Assembly (NCBI GenBank): GCA_023213395.1
Contig: CM041465.1
Coordinates: 172,739,741-172,803,740 of the forward strand
Length of the DNA stretch: 64,000 nt
Direction of reading: 5' to 3'
Source of the DNA: Cycas panzhihuaensis
Lineage: Eukaryota > Plantae > Cycadophyta
This document shows, one piece after another, positions 53,070 to 64,000 of this stretch; the first letter of the stretch is position 1, and every line of letters starts with the position of its first letter. Below the pieces are notes generated by a model that was not told the origin of the DNA, ran no database searches, and was given only the letters and a program-made list of their open reading frames with translations. A program made the translations under genes and the position numbers.

Positions 53070-56000
53070 CTATGAGACACTAAGTCCTCAAAATGCTAAA
53101 GGTCTAGATACTACTTGATAAATTATGCTAATTCCCATGTTACTTCATTAGGTTTATAATTAGCCCACTACAACTAGATGCTCAATAATGGTTCTAATCT
53201 AGAGACAATATTGATGGGTACTTAAAATACACATAGGGGGGATTGTGGGGATTTCTTCTTCTAAAAGGGTAAGGAGGGTTATTTTAGGGGTGATGGGCTT
53301 TCCCAGGTGTTTTTCAGGTAAGATACATGAAAAATGTTATGCATCTTAATATCAAAGAAAAAGTCAAATGCATAAGCTACTATGCTAATTCAATGGATAA
53401 CTTTATAGGGGCAATAATAGTAGGGACTAAGCTTATTAGATTTATCATTACAAAGGGATTGTTGCTTGTAAGGTTGGAGGCAAAGGAAGTCTATCTCCCA
53501 CTTTAAAAGATTAATTAAACTAGTGGTGATCAATTAACTACTTCATATGATTTTATGCAGATGCTAAGTTTTGCTTAAGGGTATGATGAGATAGTAGGGG
53601 ATAATTATAAAGGGCTATAAATAGGATTATCCCAATGGTAAACTGATGAGAGGAATTATACCAATATTCTACTAAGGCTAACTAAGAAGTCTAATGTTTT
53701 TGATGATTTGGGGCAAAGCAATGTAGGTACATTTCCAATGCTTTATTAAGAACATTAAATTGACCATATACTTGAGAGTGATAAGATGAGCTCAAATTAA
53801 AGGAAGTTCTCGATGCTTAAAAGAGTTTTTACCAAAATGTGCTTGTGAATTTAGGATCTCTATCTGATATAATTATAGATGAAAAATAGTAAAGGCAAAA
53901 GATGAATTGAATATAGAGGTCAACTAAATAAGGGGCTTTATAAGTAATATGGATGGGTATAACATGAGCATATTTATTCAAGTGATCTATGTTGACCCAA
54001 ATAGAATCATACCTGACTAATAATGGAAACCCAATGATAAAATCCATGACAATGTCTTACCATTTACCTTATAAAATTTTTAGGGGTTAAAGTAAACCTA
54101 GTTGGGCCTTGATATCCACCTTCTTACATTAGCATGTATCATATTTAGATATATATATGAGAATAATAGACTTCATATGGGGTCAATAGAAATCTAATCG
54201 AATCTAATACTAAGTTTTGTCAAATCCTAAGTTTCTGCTAAGGGGGGTGTTGTGATATTCAAACAAGATGAAGGAAATAAATAGTGATGTTAGGTAAATA
54301 AAAATATAATTTTGGTAGAGAATGTGATTATTATACAAAGTCCAATCTTTATAACTTTAAACTTTATTAGCCTATGTGGTAAAGTCAAGTTGAGCTTTGT
54401 TGTCTTTAGCCAAGTCTTGTAATCAAGAATATTGGGGCATAAAGATAGCCTAGATGGTAGGTTTAAATAGAAGACAAAAAATGGCATTTTTAATAATGTT
54501 ATCCTTACCCTTCTTATATGAGATGGTGAAGTCAAAGGCCTATAATCTATTAATCCACTTGGCTTATTCTTCAAACAAAATTGGTTGGTTTAATAGGCAT
54601 CAAAGACTATGGCGATAGATCCAAGTAGACACTGCTACCACTTGTCTATTTCATGTAGAATAACCCTCATTTCTATTTGATAGGTTGACAACCTACACTC
54701 ATGCTCTTTGAGCTTATAACTTTCAAATATGATTAGGTGAAAAATTTTGTATGAGGATAACCTTTAGCCCAACACTTAAAGTATTATATTCTAATTGAAG
54801 AGGATAGGAAAAATCTAGGGTGGCAAGGATTAAAATGGTTGACATAAGTATTTTCAAATGGTTAAAGTCATCATCATCACTTAGTGACCATTAGAAGAAG
54901 TCCTTATAGAGTAAATTTGTTAAGGAGGCTTTTATGGAGGCATAATTTCTGACAAAATGATAATAAAAGCTAGTTAGTTTAAGGAAGACCTGTAATTATG
55001 TGAGGTTCTTTAGTATGGGCTTTTGAGTGATGATTAATATTTTATCTAGATCAACTCATATACCTCTTATGAAAATGATGTGACCCGAGTATTGTAGTTT
55101 AGTTTTACCAAATTCACATTTTGACATCTTGGCATATAGCTAATTTTGCTAAAGAATCTAAAGAGTAATTTTTAAATATTGGAGATGTAAGTATATGTTG
55201 ATGCTATAAACAAGCATATTATCAAAGAAGATAATAATGAATTTATGAAGATAAGGTGCAAAAATTTTATTCATGAGGGCTTGGTAGGTGGTTAGAGTAT
55301 TATATAACCTAAATGGCATGGCTTAAAACTCAAAGTAGCCATGGTGAGTTTGAAAAGTTATTTTGTATTGATCTCTAGGTGTTATTAGTGTTTGATAGTA
55401 TTCAAATTACAAGTCTACTTTAGAAAAAAATATGGCCCCATGGATCTTATCCAATATATCATCAATCTAGTGGGTGGGAAGCTTATTCTTAATGGTGAGT
55501 TTGTTGAGTTCTCTATAAGTGACAAAAAGTAAAAAATAACCATCTTTCTTATGAACTAGCATAATAGGGGCTGTATAAGGGCTTTTATTACGTTGTATTA
55601 TTTCCATATATATGAGTCCATTGGTAATGCACTCAATGTCATTCTTTTGAAAGTAAGAATTTTGGTATAGACATAAGCTGATGAGGTTATAGAGGTTCTC
55701 GAGTTCTATGGTATGGTAAAACCTACAATTTAGGGGAAGGCTACCACATAGGGGGGCAAAGATGGGTTAGTATTTAGTTAGAATAGTTTAAATATCTAGG
55801 TGGACTTTTGACTATGGTTGAATGTTATTGAAGTAAATAATATATTCAGTGCTACTATTGAGTTGCTTTCTCATCTGCTTGGGGGAAATAAGTTTGTTTG
55901 GTAGTGACTAGAGATTGTAAAGTTTATGACTTTGGCCATATTAATCTTTAAACATTATAAATGGATTATTTAGAGAATTATTAGTATTATAAGTGCCTAA

Positions 56001-57390
56001 GGTTTAGAGACATTGGATTCCTAGGATGGTGTTTGATCCCTTAATGGATAAGGCATGAAAATCTAACCTGAGTTGATATGTGCGAATTTGGACTTGGAGG
56101 TTTTAAATAACTCTCATATAATGAAAGGTATAGTGGCCTAGTAAAGAATAATTAAAACTTATTTTTAGATTGATGTAAAGGTTTAGTTATTTGGCTACTA
56201 TAATATCTATGAAGTTTAATGATGCATCATCATTAATTAAAATTATAATGAGAGTCTTCATTAGTGTCCTTACTCACAATAGATCAGGGAAGATAGAAGA
56301 GAAAATAACTGATAAGGAGGCTTTAGTTATGGGTTCAAGTGGTAGGGAGGTTTACAATAATGGTTCATTTTCTACTTTATCTTCATAATCAAAATCAAGG
56401 TCAATAATGGATATTATTATTTTAGCTTTACATACTTTATTGTAGCTGAGGAATTATTTTTCTATGCATTATGAGTATAGGTTGGCTTTCCTATGCTTGT
56501 GTGCCTCGAATGTGAGTATTTATATTAGTGTCGATGATTGCTCTAGTACTAGTTATCATTAGGAGTCCTTTACTTAAAATCTCAAGGGCTTATATAGATT
56601 TGTTGACCTTGGGTAGCTCGACCATGTGAAGTCTCTTCCAAAACTAGATGCTTGCTCTGTTATAAACTTAACTTCGATTACCTTAGTTGAATTGATGGCA
56701 TCTTTGAAACTAAGGGGCTAGTTAGTCTTTAGTCTTATTTGAATCCTATCTTTGAGAGTAACTATATACATTTTAATTAGTATCTACTTATCAAGATTTT
56801 AAATAACTCTATTGTGAATAACCTGAAACTCATCATTATATGCTTTTATAGAAGTTAGTCATCTTAATCAAATAAGTTAGCTAAAAAAGTATCGGTTCTA
56901 TGTTTCTTCATATTACTTAAAAAAGAATTTATAAACTTGATCCTACTTTTGATTTCTTGGATATTCTTGAGTCCATATTATATACTAGTAATGGGATTTT
57001 TCTTTAAGTGAATAGCGGTAAATGTTAACTAATTAGCTTGGGACATTTGATTGAGTGTAAAATATAAGTCCAATTTACTAATCTAACTTTGAGCTACATT
57101 GTTATTGAGGTCTAGATTAAAGATGGATATATTGATCTTATGATTAAATGTTTGTTGATGTGGAGGATGGGGAGGTGCAGTTCCATCTTATGAAGTTCTA
57201 TCTTATGAGGTATTTATGGAGTTGGAGGTGGATGTTAAGATGAAACTCGAGAGTTGGACATGAATGGCTGTAACCTCTTTGGTTAGGTTTATAAGGTCCA
57301 TTATTTATGCATATTATGTATTGCAAAGAATTACATTTCTAAATAGGAGAGGCACTCAAATTAGTTTGGTGGTGTCATCATTTATGAAAG
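53070..57390 (-). pseudogene. Chromovirus B gag-pol with chromodomain
   Basis: MDFIIGFP...IISDRDPKFTSTFW (INT), IFFDNMLVY (RT), chromodomain WANYKPNEVTWE (~53130-53170). Confidence 0.88.
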
Positions 57391-58083
57391 ATAAAAAAGA
57401 TCTAGATAAAGTGGGATGTAGTAAGAAGAAAAGAAAGCAAGAACTGGGAGAAATAAGATAGAATGGGTTTTGATTAAATAGGGAAAGATAAGTAGAATGG
57501 GCATTAAAGAAGTGGGCATATATGAAAGGGAAAAAAGAGAAAAAAAAGGGGTGTGATGTAAGGTGTTTATGTGTTATTGACCTTAAAATTTGAGTACAAA
57601 AATTATCTAGTGCACTTGTATAAGTGCAACAAGATCATTGAGATGATATAAATGAGTGGTAAGAAGAAAATTGAGGCCTGTAGGGCCTATGGAATGCCTA
57701 TAGGCTAAATTTTCCTAAAAATGATAGTTAAAAATGACCTAGTGGAGACTAATCAACATAATGCATTGATTGAAATAAGATGTATGGATTTTTATGGTCA
57801 CTTTTGGGTCATGGACTTTTTTACTTTGTTTTGTCTTATCTAATGGTGTAGGTCTCATTTAGATTCAAGAAGTATTAGCAAAGTTATGATTTTTTCTTCT
57901 TCATTTTCTTTAGATTAAAGAGGACTAATTGTGGAATTAAGGGTCTGAAGCACTAACTTAACTGGACTAAATATTGACTCTTATATGGGTTGGACTCAAG
58001 TGAAGTGAATATTAAATCTCATATAGACTAGATAGGACACATGCAATACTAAAGATTTGGATGGGATGTCCAATGTCATGTTT

Positions 58084-58818
58084 TTAGATGATAACTATAT
58101 TGAAAGATCTTGGGAGTTGAGCTATGTAAATTTTGTAGAAATATAATGAGTGCTTTGATTTTATAGCCTTATTGAATAAAGTGGTATTTGTATAAAGTAT
58201 TTTTTCTAATTTAAATTTAGCAATAGGTAATAGGTGTTTCTTTAATCTTACAGTTAGGAATTTATAGTAATTCTTTAATAGTATTGATAGAAGTATAACA
58301 ATCTTAAGATCTTTGTATAGAATGCTTGTGTAATGAATGTTATATAGATGATAGGGGGGCATATTAGACTCTAACAAAGGAGTATTTGGATCTATAGGCC
58401 TTGTGATAAACTTCCTTTTTGTTACTATATCTTATCCTAATATCTCAGGGTATTGCTTATAAAGGAATATTGATACCCATAAGGTCTATAGCCGTGAAGG
58501 GATATTTAAGCAAGGCAATTTCTGGGTACTAAATACTAACCCATGCACCATAGAGGGACAAATGATTAATAGTCTTCCTATGCTAAGCTAGTAAGAGAAC
58601 TTATAAAGTTCTTCCTATATACTTGAAGGTATGTGGAGGCTCAATTTTGTAGCCAAGTTTTGTTTGAGACCATGTTATGGGCACAATCTAAATCTCACTT
58701 CACACAATGGCATATATCAAACTATTCTTAATTAGAAATAATATATCCCCATGATTTTGATAGATCCCTAATATAGGGTCTCTATCTAGGCTCTAAGGGA
58801 AGGGAGGATGGGACTCAT
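58084..58818 (-). pseudogene. Decayed extra ORF (~245 codons, unknown function) upstream of gag in chromovirus B
   Basis: One frame from ATG 58818 to stop 58084 with about 9 internal stops and no apparent frameshift; the last 97 codons are open; homologous to the leader of A. Confidence 0.58.
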
Positions 58819-59444
58819 GATTTAGACTATGCTACCCACTTATAACTAACTAACATAGAGTAGTAAAACTAATCAGGACTTTAAGATTAAATTGCTTATA
58901 AGGAAAGGTTTCAAAAATCATTAAGAAAATAAGAAAAAAACCCTTTCTTGTAGCTTCTGAATGCTCTTGTTAGATCTTTGTACCTCAATTTGATACCACT
59001 TGATATGAATTTGTCTAATAGTTTTTATACCAATGGAAGATTATAAGGGAAAAGAGAGCATAATATATCTTTAATAACACTTCAAGATTTTTGATTACAT
59101 CAAAAGTATAAGAGAAGAGTGTTAGGAAGCTTAAAGAACACCAAAAGATAAGATATATGTAAGTACAATCTTACAAGATAAGATTATGACATTAGAGATC
59201 TCCTTATAAATGCTTGGCTTTAAGTAAACAAAAGTGGCTACTTTTCCTAGCATCCTATTGGTAAACCATGTAGCCTTTAATTTCATTTGTGGAGATATGT
59301 AACCCACATACATAAATTAATAATTAATATTAATATTCACAACCTTTACCATGCAGCTAAATAATTGACATTAACTTTCTCCACTTTAACCATGTGGTCA
59401 AATGATTATGTGCCACTAACCTTGGGAGGCTACTTAATAGAAGT

Positions 59445-62400
59445 ATTAAGGAAAGCTTTGAAGGAAGCAATAAAGAAGAAAGAAGAGAAAAAACTACCAA
59501 TAAGCAAGCACATAATAAAATATGTATATAAGAAAAAAAAAAAATCAAAGGAAAAAGAATAAAAGATACACAAGATACCACTTGTATAATAACCACTTGT
59601 AGTACATGAAGAATTATTCAAAGGTTTACCTATAGAAGAAATACCAAGAATGTTGTTACTAATGGAAATTTTAGTGAAATAATAACAACTTACTATTATT
59701 GAATGGATCAAAAGGGGCATATTACAATATAAAGGATTAATAAAAAGCTTGAAAAAAGTGATGCTTTCTTTGACCTAGATACTATTGTCACTATTACCAT
59801 TTTGGGAGAAGTATTTTTTGATTATTGATGGAAGAGTTACAATTAATGTGCTACCAATAGTGACATAGAAAAAATTGGGAAGCCTAATATTAGAGGCTAC
59901 AACCTACTCCTTAATGTTGGTGAATGAATTCTTAGTGAAGCTAATGGAAATATTACTTAACATAAAGGTGGATGTAGTCGATATTATAGTTCCAATAGAT
60001 TTCACTAGTGGAAAGCGTAAAATGGATGATGCCATATCCAACATTATTAGGGCATCCTTGGTTGTACAAAATAAAATGCCTTTAAAGTAGAGAGATGTGA
60101 CCTTCACTTTACTAGATGGAGAGTATAAATAAGTACTTCCTATACTTGGGAAAGGGAAACACTCAGTTGAAGTGATTTTAGATGATGCCTCAAGCATGAC
60201 CATTACTAGTGACAAAACATCATCGACATTCAAGGAAATAAATTTATATCATGCAATAGAAAAAGTAAGTACCATGAATAATCCACACGAGTATAACCCT
60301 AATCACCATGAAGAACATCATATTAACAACTTTTCTAACAAAGAGGATTTGAAGTAATTTGTGGATTATTGGATGCAAAATCCCTATGATGTTAATCCTC
60401 TATCTTTTCATTGTAGTCTACTTTCTATTAATACTTCTAGTAACATGGACATTAATAAAAATAATAATTCTAATTATATTAATATTTTTCATAGTGCTAG
60501 CACAGAAAATATGCTAGTGAATGAATGAATGAATGATACTCCTTTAATTAATTAGGAAAAGGAGAAAGTAGTAGAATCAAATTCCCTATCCATAAATGCT
60601 AACCTTAATCCTAACCTTGACCTTAGCCCCAACCCTAACTCTATACCTAAACTTAGTCCTAACCTTAATCTTAATCCTAACCTTCATTTTGATTTAGATG
60701 TATGTTTTGAAATAGATTTCGCTTGACAAGCTATAACTTGTCCTTAGGAAGAGAGTAATAACTCTTTCTCATCCTCTCTAAACATACACCTACCAAGTGA
60801 TCACTCTTTTGAAGGTAGTACTCTAAGAAAATTATGGCTTTACACTAAAAGATGAAGGGTTTACTAAAATTTAGTCCTTTCATTAGAGACAAAGCAGCTT
60901 TATTCTTTGGGAAATAATTATATCGTACAACTCATCTTATCTAATGTATGGAATATTGCTTAGATAAAAAAATAGTAGATAAATGTCATTAGGACTTAGA
61001 GATTTTATTTTGACTTTATAAGGGCATGTCTGATGTTGGTTCTTAGCCCACTAGGTTGTGTCTTATAGTTGGGCAAATATCCAAGCATCCTTCTAACTAT
61101 GAATCCTATAGACAAAATGCTCATTCCACCCTTTTTGGTAGGGGAATGTCTAATGAAACAACCCCAAAAATATAAAAACTTTTAGGTATCTTAATGTATA
61201 CTCAAATAAAATTAAAGTAATTTATTCTATCACATGTTAGAAAATTTTGGGGAAAGAATGGCTACTCAGAAGGGAGAAAAACTGAGAAGCTTTATGGCAT
61301 AGCCTGGAATAAATTTTCATTAAGATATTTTTGCACTCATCTAAGGATAAAAATATTGATAAGATACTTAAACAAATTAAGAGGTTAAGTATAGAATTAG
61401 AATAAACCAAATCCATATCACTAGCAAGAATAATAAAAAGTATAGATATGGAAGAGGAAGAAGAAACTCATAACTTTCCACCAGAGTGTATATAATTACA
61501 ATATGGTAATTGGGATATAGAAGTTACCCTAACACATTAAATACTAGAGGAGAATAAAGTAAGGTGTAAAGAAATAAAAATAATAAAGATTAATTTAGGG
61601 GATAAGGAGAATCCTTATTATATATTCATTAGAGACTATTAGGATGAAAAATTAATTGCTAAAGTTAAAAAATTGTTTGAGGAGTTTAAATATGTGTTTG
61701 CATGGTCATATTAAGACTTAAAGGGCATCCCTCGAAAAATTAGGATATATCATATTGCTTTTATAGAAGGGGCTAACCAGACAAGGAAAGGCCCTATAAT
61801 ATGAATCCTAATCCAAGGAGAAAGTTAAAGCAAAATTAGATAAAATGTTAGAAGTTGAGTATAACTACAAAATGGATTACAATGAATCAGTAAGCCTATT
61901 AGTGGTAGTACCTAAGAAACATAGAGAAATCAAAGTTTACATAGACTACTAATAATGAAATAAAGTTATAAAGAAAGATTCATTTTCAATTCCCTTCATG
62001 AAAGACATATTGGAGATGGTAGGAGGTAAAGAAATGTATTAATTTATAAATGGATTTAGTGGATATAATCAGGTTTAGATTATTCTAGAGGATTATGCAA
62101 AAATAACTTTTGTAATTAGAATGGGGGACATATGCCCATATCACTACACCCTTTGGTTAACCAATGTGCCAATAACATTTCAATGCATTGCAATCAATTT
62201 CTTTAGGAAGATGATAAGGGATAAAGTGGTATTATTCCTAAATGATTAGACTTTATGGAATTATAAAGAATCACATGAAAATTTAAGAGAAATATTACAA
62301 ACATAAAGAGCAACTAATCTCTACTTAAATCTAAGTAAAGAAGGCTTATTGATAGATCTACCAAAAGTGTTTACATCTTACATTTTTCAACTCTAGCAAT

Positions 62401-64000
62401 ACAAAAGTAATTAAAAGGAATTTTGGGACTGATTAGATATTATAAAAAAAATTTCAAGGGATATTCATACATATTAAGAACTTTAGAGGATCTACTGAGG
62501 AAAGATATAGAATAAGAATGGGGAGTATAGTAATAACAATCATTTGAGTCCTTAAAGCAAGTAATAACATCTTGACCTATTCTTTAATTCTCTAGTTGGA
62601 ATAAGATATTTCATTTGTATGTGGATACTTCATAGTATGCCATTGGGTACATACTAAAACAACTAAAGGAAAGAAATATTGATCATCCTATATATTTTGC
62701 AAGTAGAAATTTAATAAGAGCCAAACAAAATTTTATAATAACTAAGAGAGAAGGCCTATGGATGGTATATTCCTTATAAAAATTTTGAGATTATCTATTA
62801 TCAAATCTATTTATTTTCTATACAGACCACTAGACATTTATGTATCTTGTGAATAAGCCAATATTGAGAGCATGCATTAGTAAGTGGCTAATGTTGTTTT
62901 AGGAATATATATTTAAGATCATGGTAAAACATAGAAAAGCACATGTACTTCTTAACTAATTATTTAGAATTAAAAATAGGGAAAAAGCCATAAGAATACC
63001 TGCTAATTTCTTAGATGTAACATTATACTGTATAGAAACAATTTCAACTAAGTGGTATGAAGGGATTCTAGAATATTTAGTAACATGGGAGTTTCTACTA
63101 AAATTAGATAAAATAGAAAGAAGATAAATAGTATTAAAAGCAAAATACTATGAACTAATTCAAGGCAAATTCTATTGCTTAAGACTAGATAATGTGTTAC
63201 GTCATTACATAAAGCCACATTAGATAAAATAAATAATAATCTAAGCCTATGAAGGAGTGACATGAGGACATATAGGCAAATAAGCAACATGGAGGATAAT
63301 ATTGATAGCCAAATTTTAGTAGCCAACAACGTTCAAAGATATAAAGAATTGAACAAAAAAATATAACTTCCATTAGAGAATAGGAAAAATAAGTTAGTAA
63401 GATGTTTAGTCATTAAATTCAATATTACCCTTAACAACATTTAAGAAGTGGGCTCTTGATTTTATTGGGCCTATTCGACCAATAGTTTAACAATATCAAG
63501 CTAGATATATATTAGTATTCACATATTACATGACCAAATGGGTAGAAGTAAGACCGCTAAGAAAAGAAGATGCAGATAGCACAACAAGTTTTTTACATGA
63601 AGTAATCATAATACGATATGGTTACCCCTTAGAAATAATAAGTGATTAATGATCATATTTTTTGAATTAAGTGATGGAAGAGTCAATGTCAAAATTTCTA
63701 ATCAGTCACTACAAATCCACATCTTACTACCCTAAAGCCAACAAATAAGCAAAAGAATTGAATTAGATTATTAAGAATTATTTACAAAAGATTTATGGTA
63801 TGGGAAGATTAAACTAGGAAAAAAAGCTACCATCAATATTATGGGATTTTCGTATAACTTATAAATGGGAAACAAGACAAAAACCATTCTAATTAGTTTA
63901 TGGGATAGAAGGAATCATTTTAATTGAATTTGAGATTCCAAGCCTTTAAGTGGCTATGACTTGTTAATTAAATGATATAGATTCACTACATAAATGATTA
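59445..64000 (+). pseudogene. Host gypsy pol: protease, linker, RT, RNase H, integrase (truncated by window end)
   Basis: INLGDKENP...YVFAWSY*DLKGIP; NGFSGYNQV; PFGLTNVP; FHLYVDTS; DHPIYFASR; KWALDFIGP; YMTKWVE; YYPKAN; LVYGIEG. Confidence 0.88.
60595..60685 (+). repeat. Degenerate hexamer repeat (AACCYT)n encoding an Asn-Pro/Leu linker between protease and RT
   Basis: NANLNPNLDLSPNPNSIPKLSPNLNLNPNL read in frame. Confidence 0.7.

Larger units (their letters stand above)
52644..59439 (-). mobile_element. Chromovirus B, full length, decayed, related to A
   Basis: LTRs 52644-53062 and 59001-59439; perfect TSD GAAGT; Met PBS ~58987-58998. Confidence 0.92.
33341..64000 (+). mobile_element. Old non-chromovirus (Athila/Tat-like) Ty3/gypsy hosting several insertions; continues beyond the window
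   Basis: Putative 5' LTR ~33341-43324 (split; ends GGGTTTACA then TGGCGA); gag at 44450-44518 and 51143-52640; protease ~59700-60080; RT-RH-INT 61560-64000. LTR limits uncertain because the 3' LTR is absent. Confidence 0.65.

Noticed and set aside
60595-60685. Interstitial telomere-like (CCCTAA)n
   Set aside because: Degenerate hexamer, not the plant heptamer, lying in the protease-RT linker; better explained as a coding Asn-Pro repeat.

Overview
Gene-free, heavily C-to-T-eroded plant heterochromatin (probably a non-angiosperm; this is inference) made entirely of nested, decayed retroelements. Left half: an L1 LINE (minus strand, with RNase H domain) is split by an 18.7-kb Tat-type Ty3/gypsy (3221-21900, 3.3-kb LTRs) and a Ty1/copia (22335-30207). 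The Tat element has a solo LTR in its protease. Behind its integrase it carries an antisense plant-mobile-domain (PMD) ORF and a divergent stand-alone RNase HI ORF. Right half: a chromovirus-like fragment is interrupted by a plus-strand non-chromovirus gypsy that runs off the window. That gypsy holds a non-autonomous LTR element (itself containing a copia, which contains a solo LTR) and two related chromoviruses. Most junctions have 5-bp TSDs. The most interesting signals are: the PMD/RNase H cassette and a palindrome shared by the LTR and the region upstream of the PMD ORF; a conserved unknown extra ORF in both chromovirus leaders; PBS sequence embedded in the LTR ends of three families; and an unexplained 1.2-kb CpG-rich tract with a permuted PBS in the first copia leader. 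All coding regions are pseudogenised. Coordinates were read by eye.
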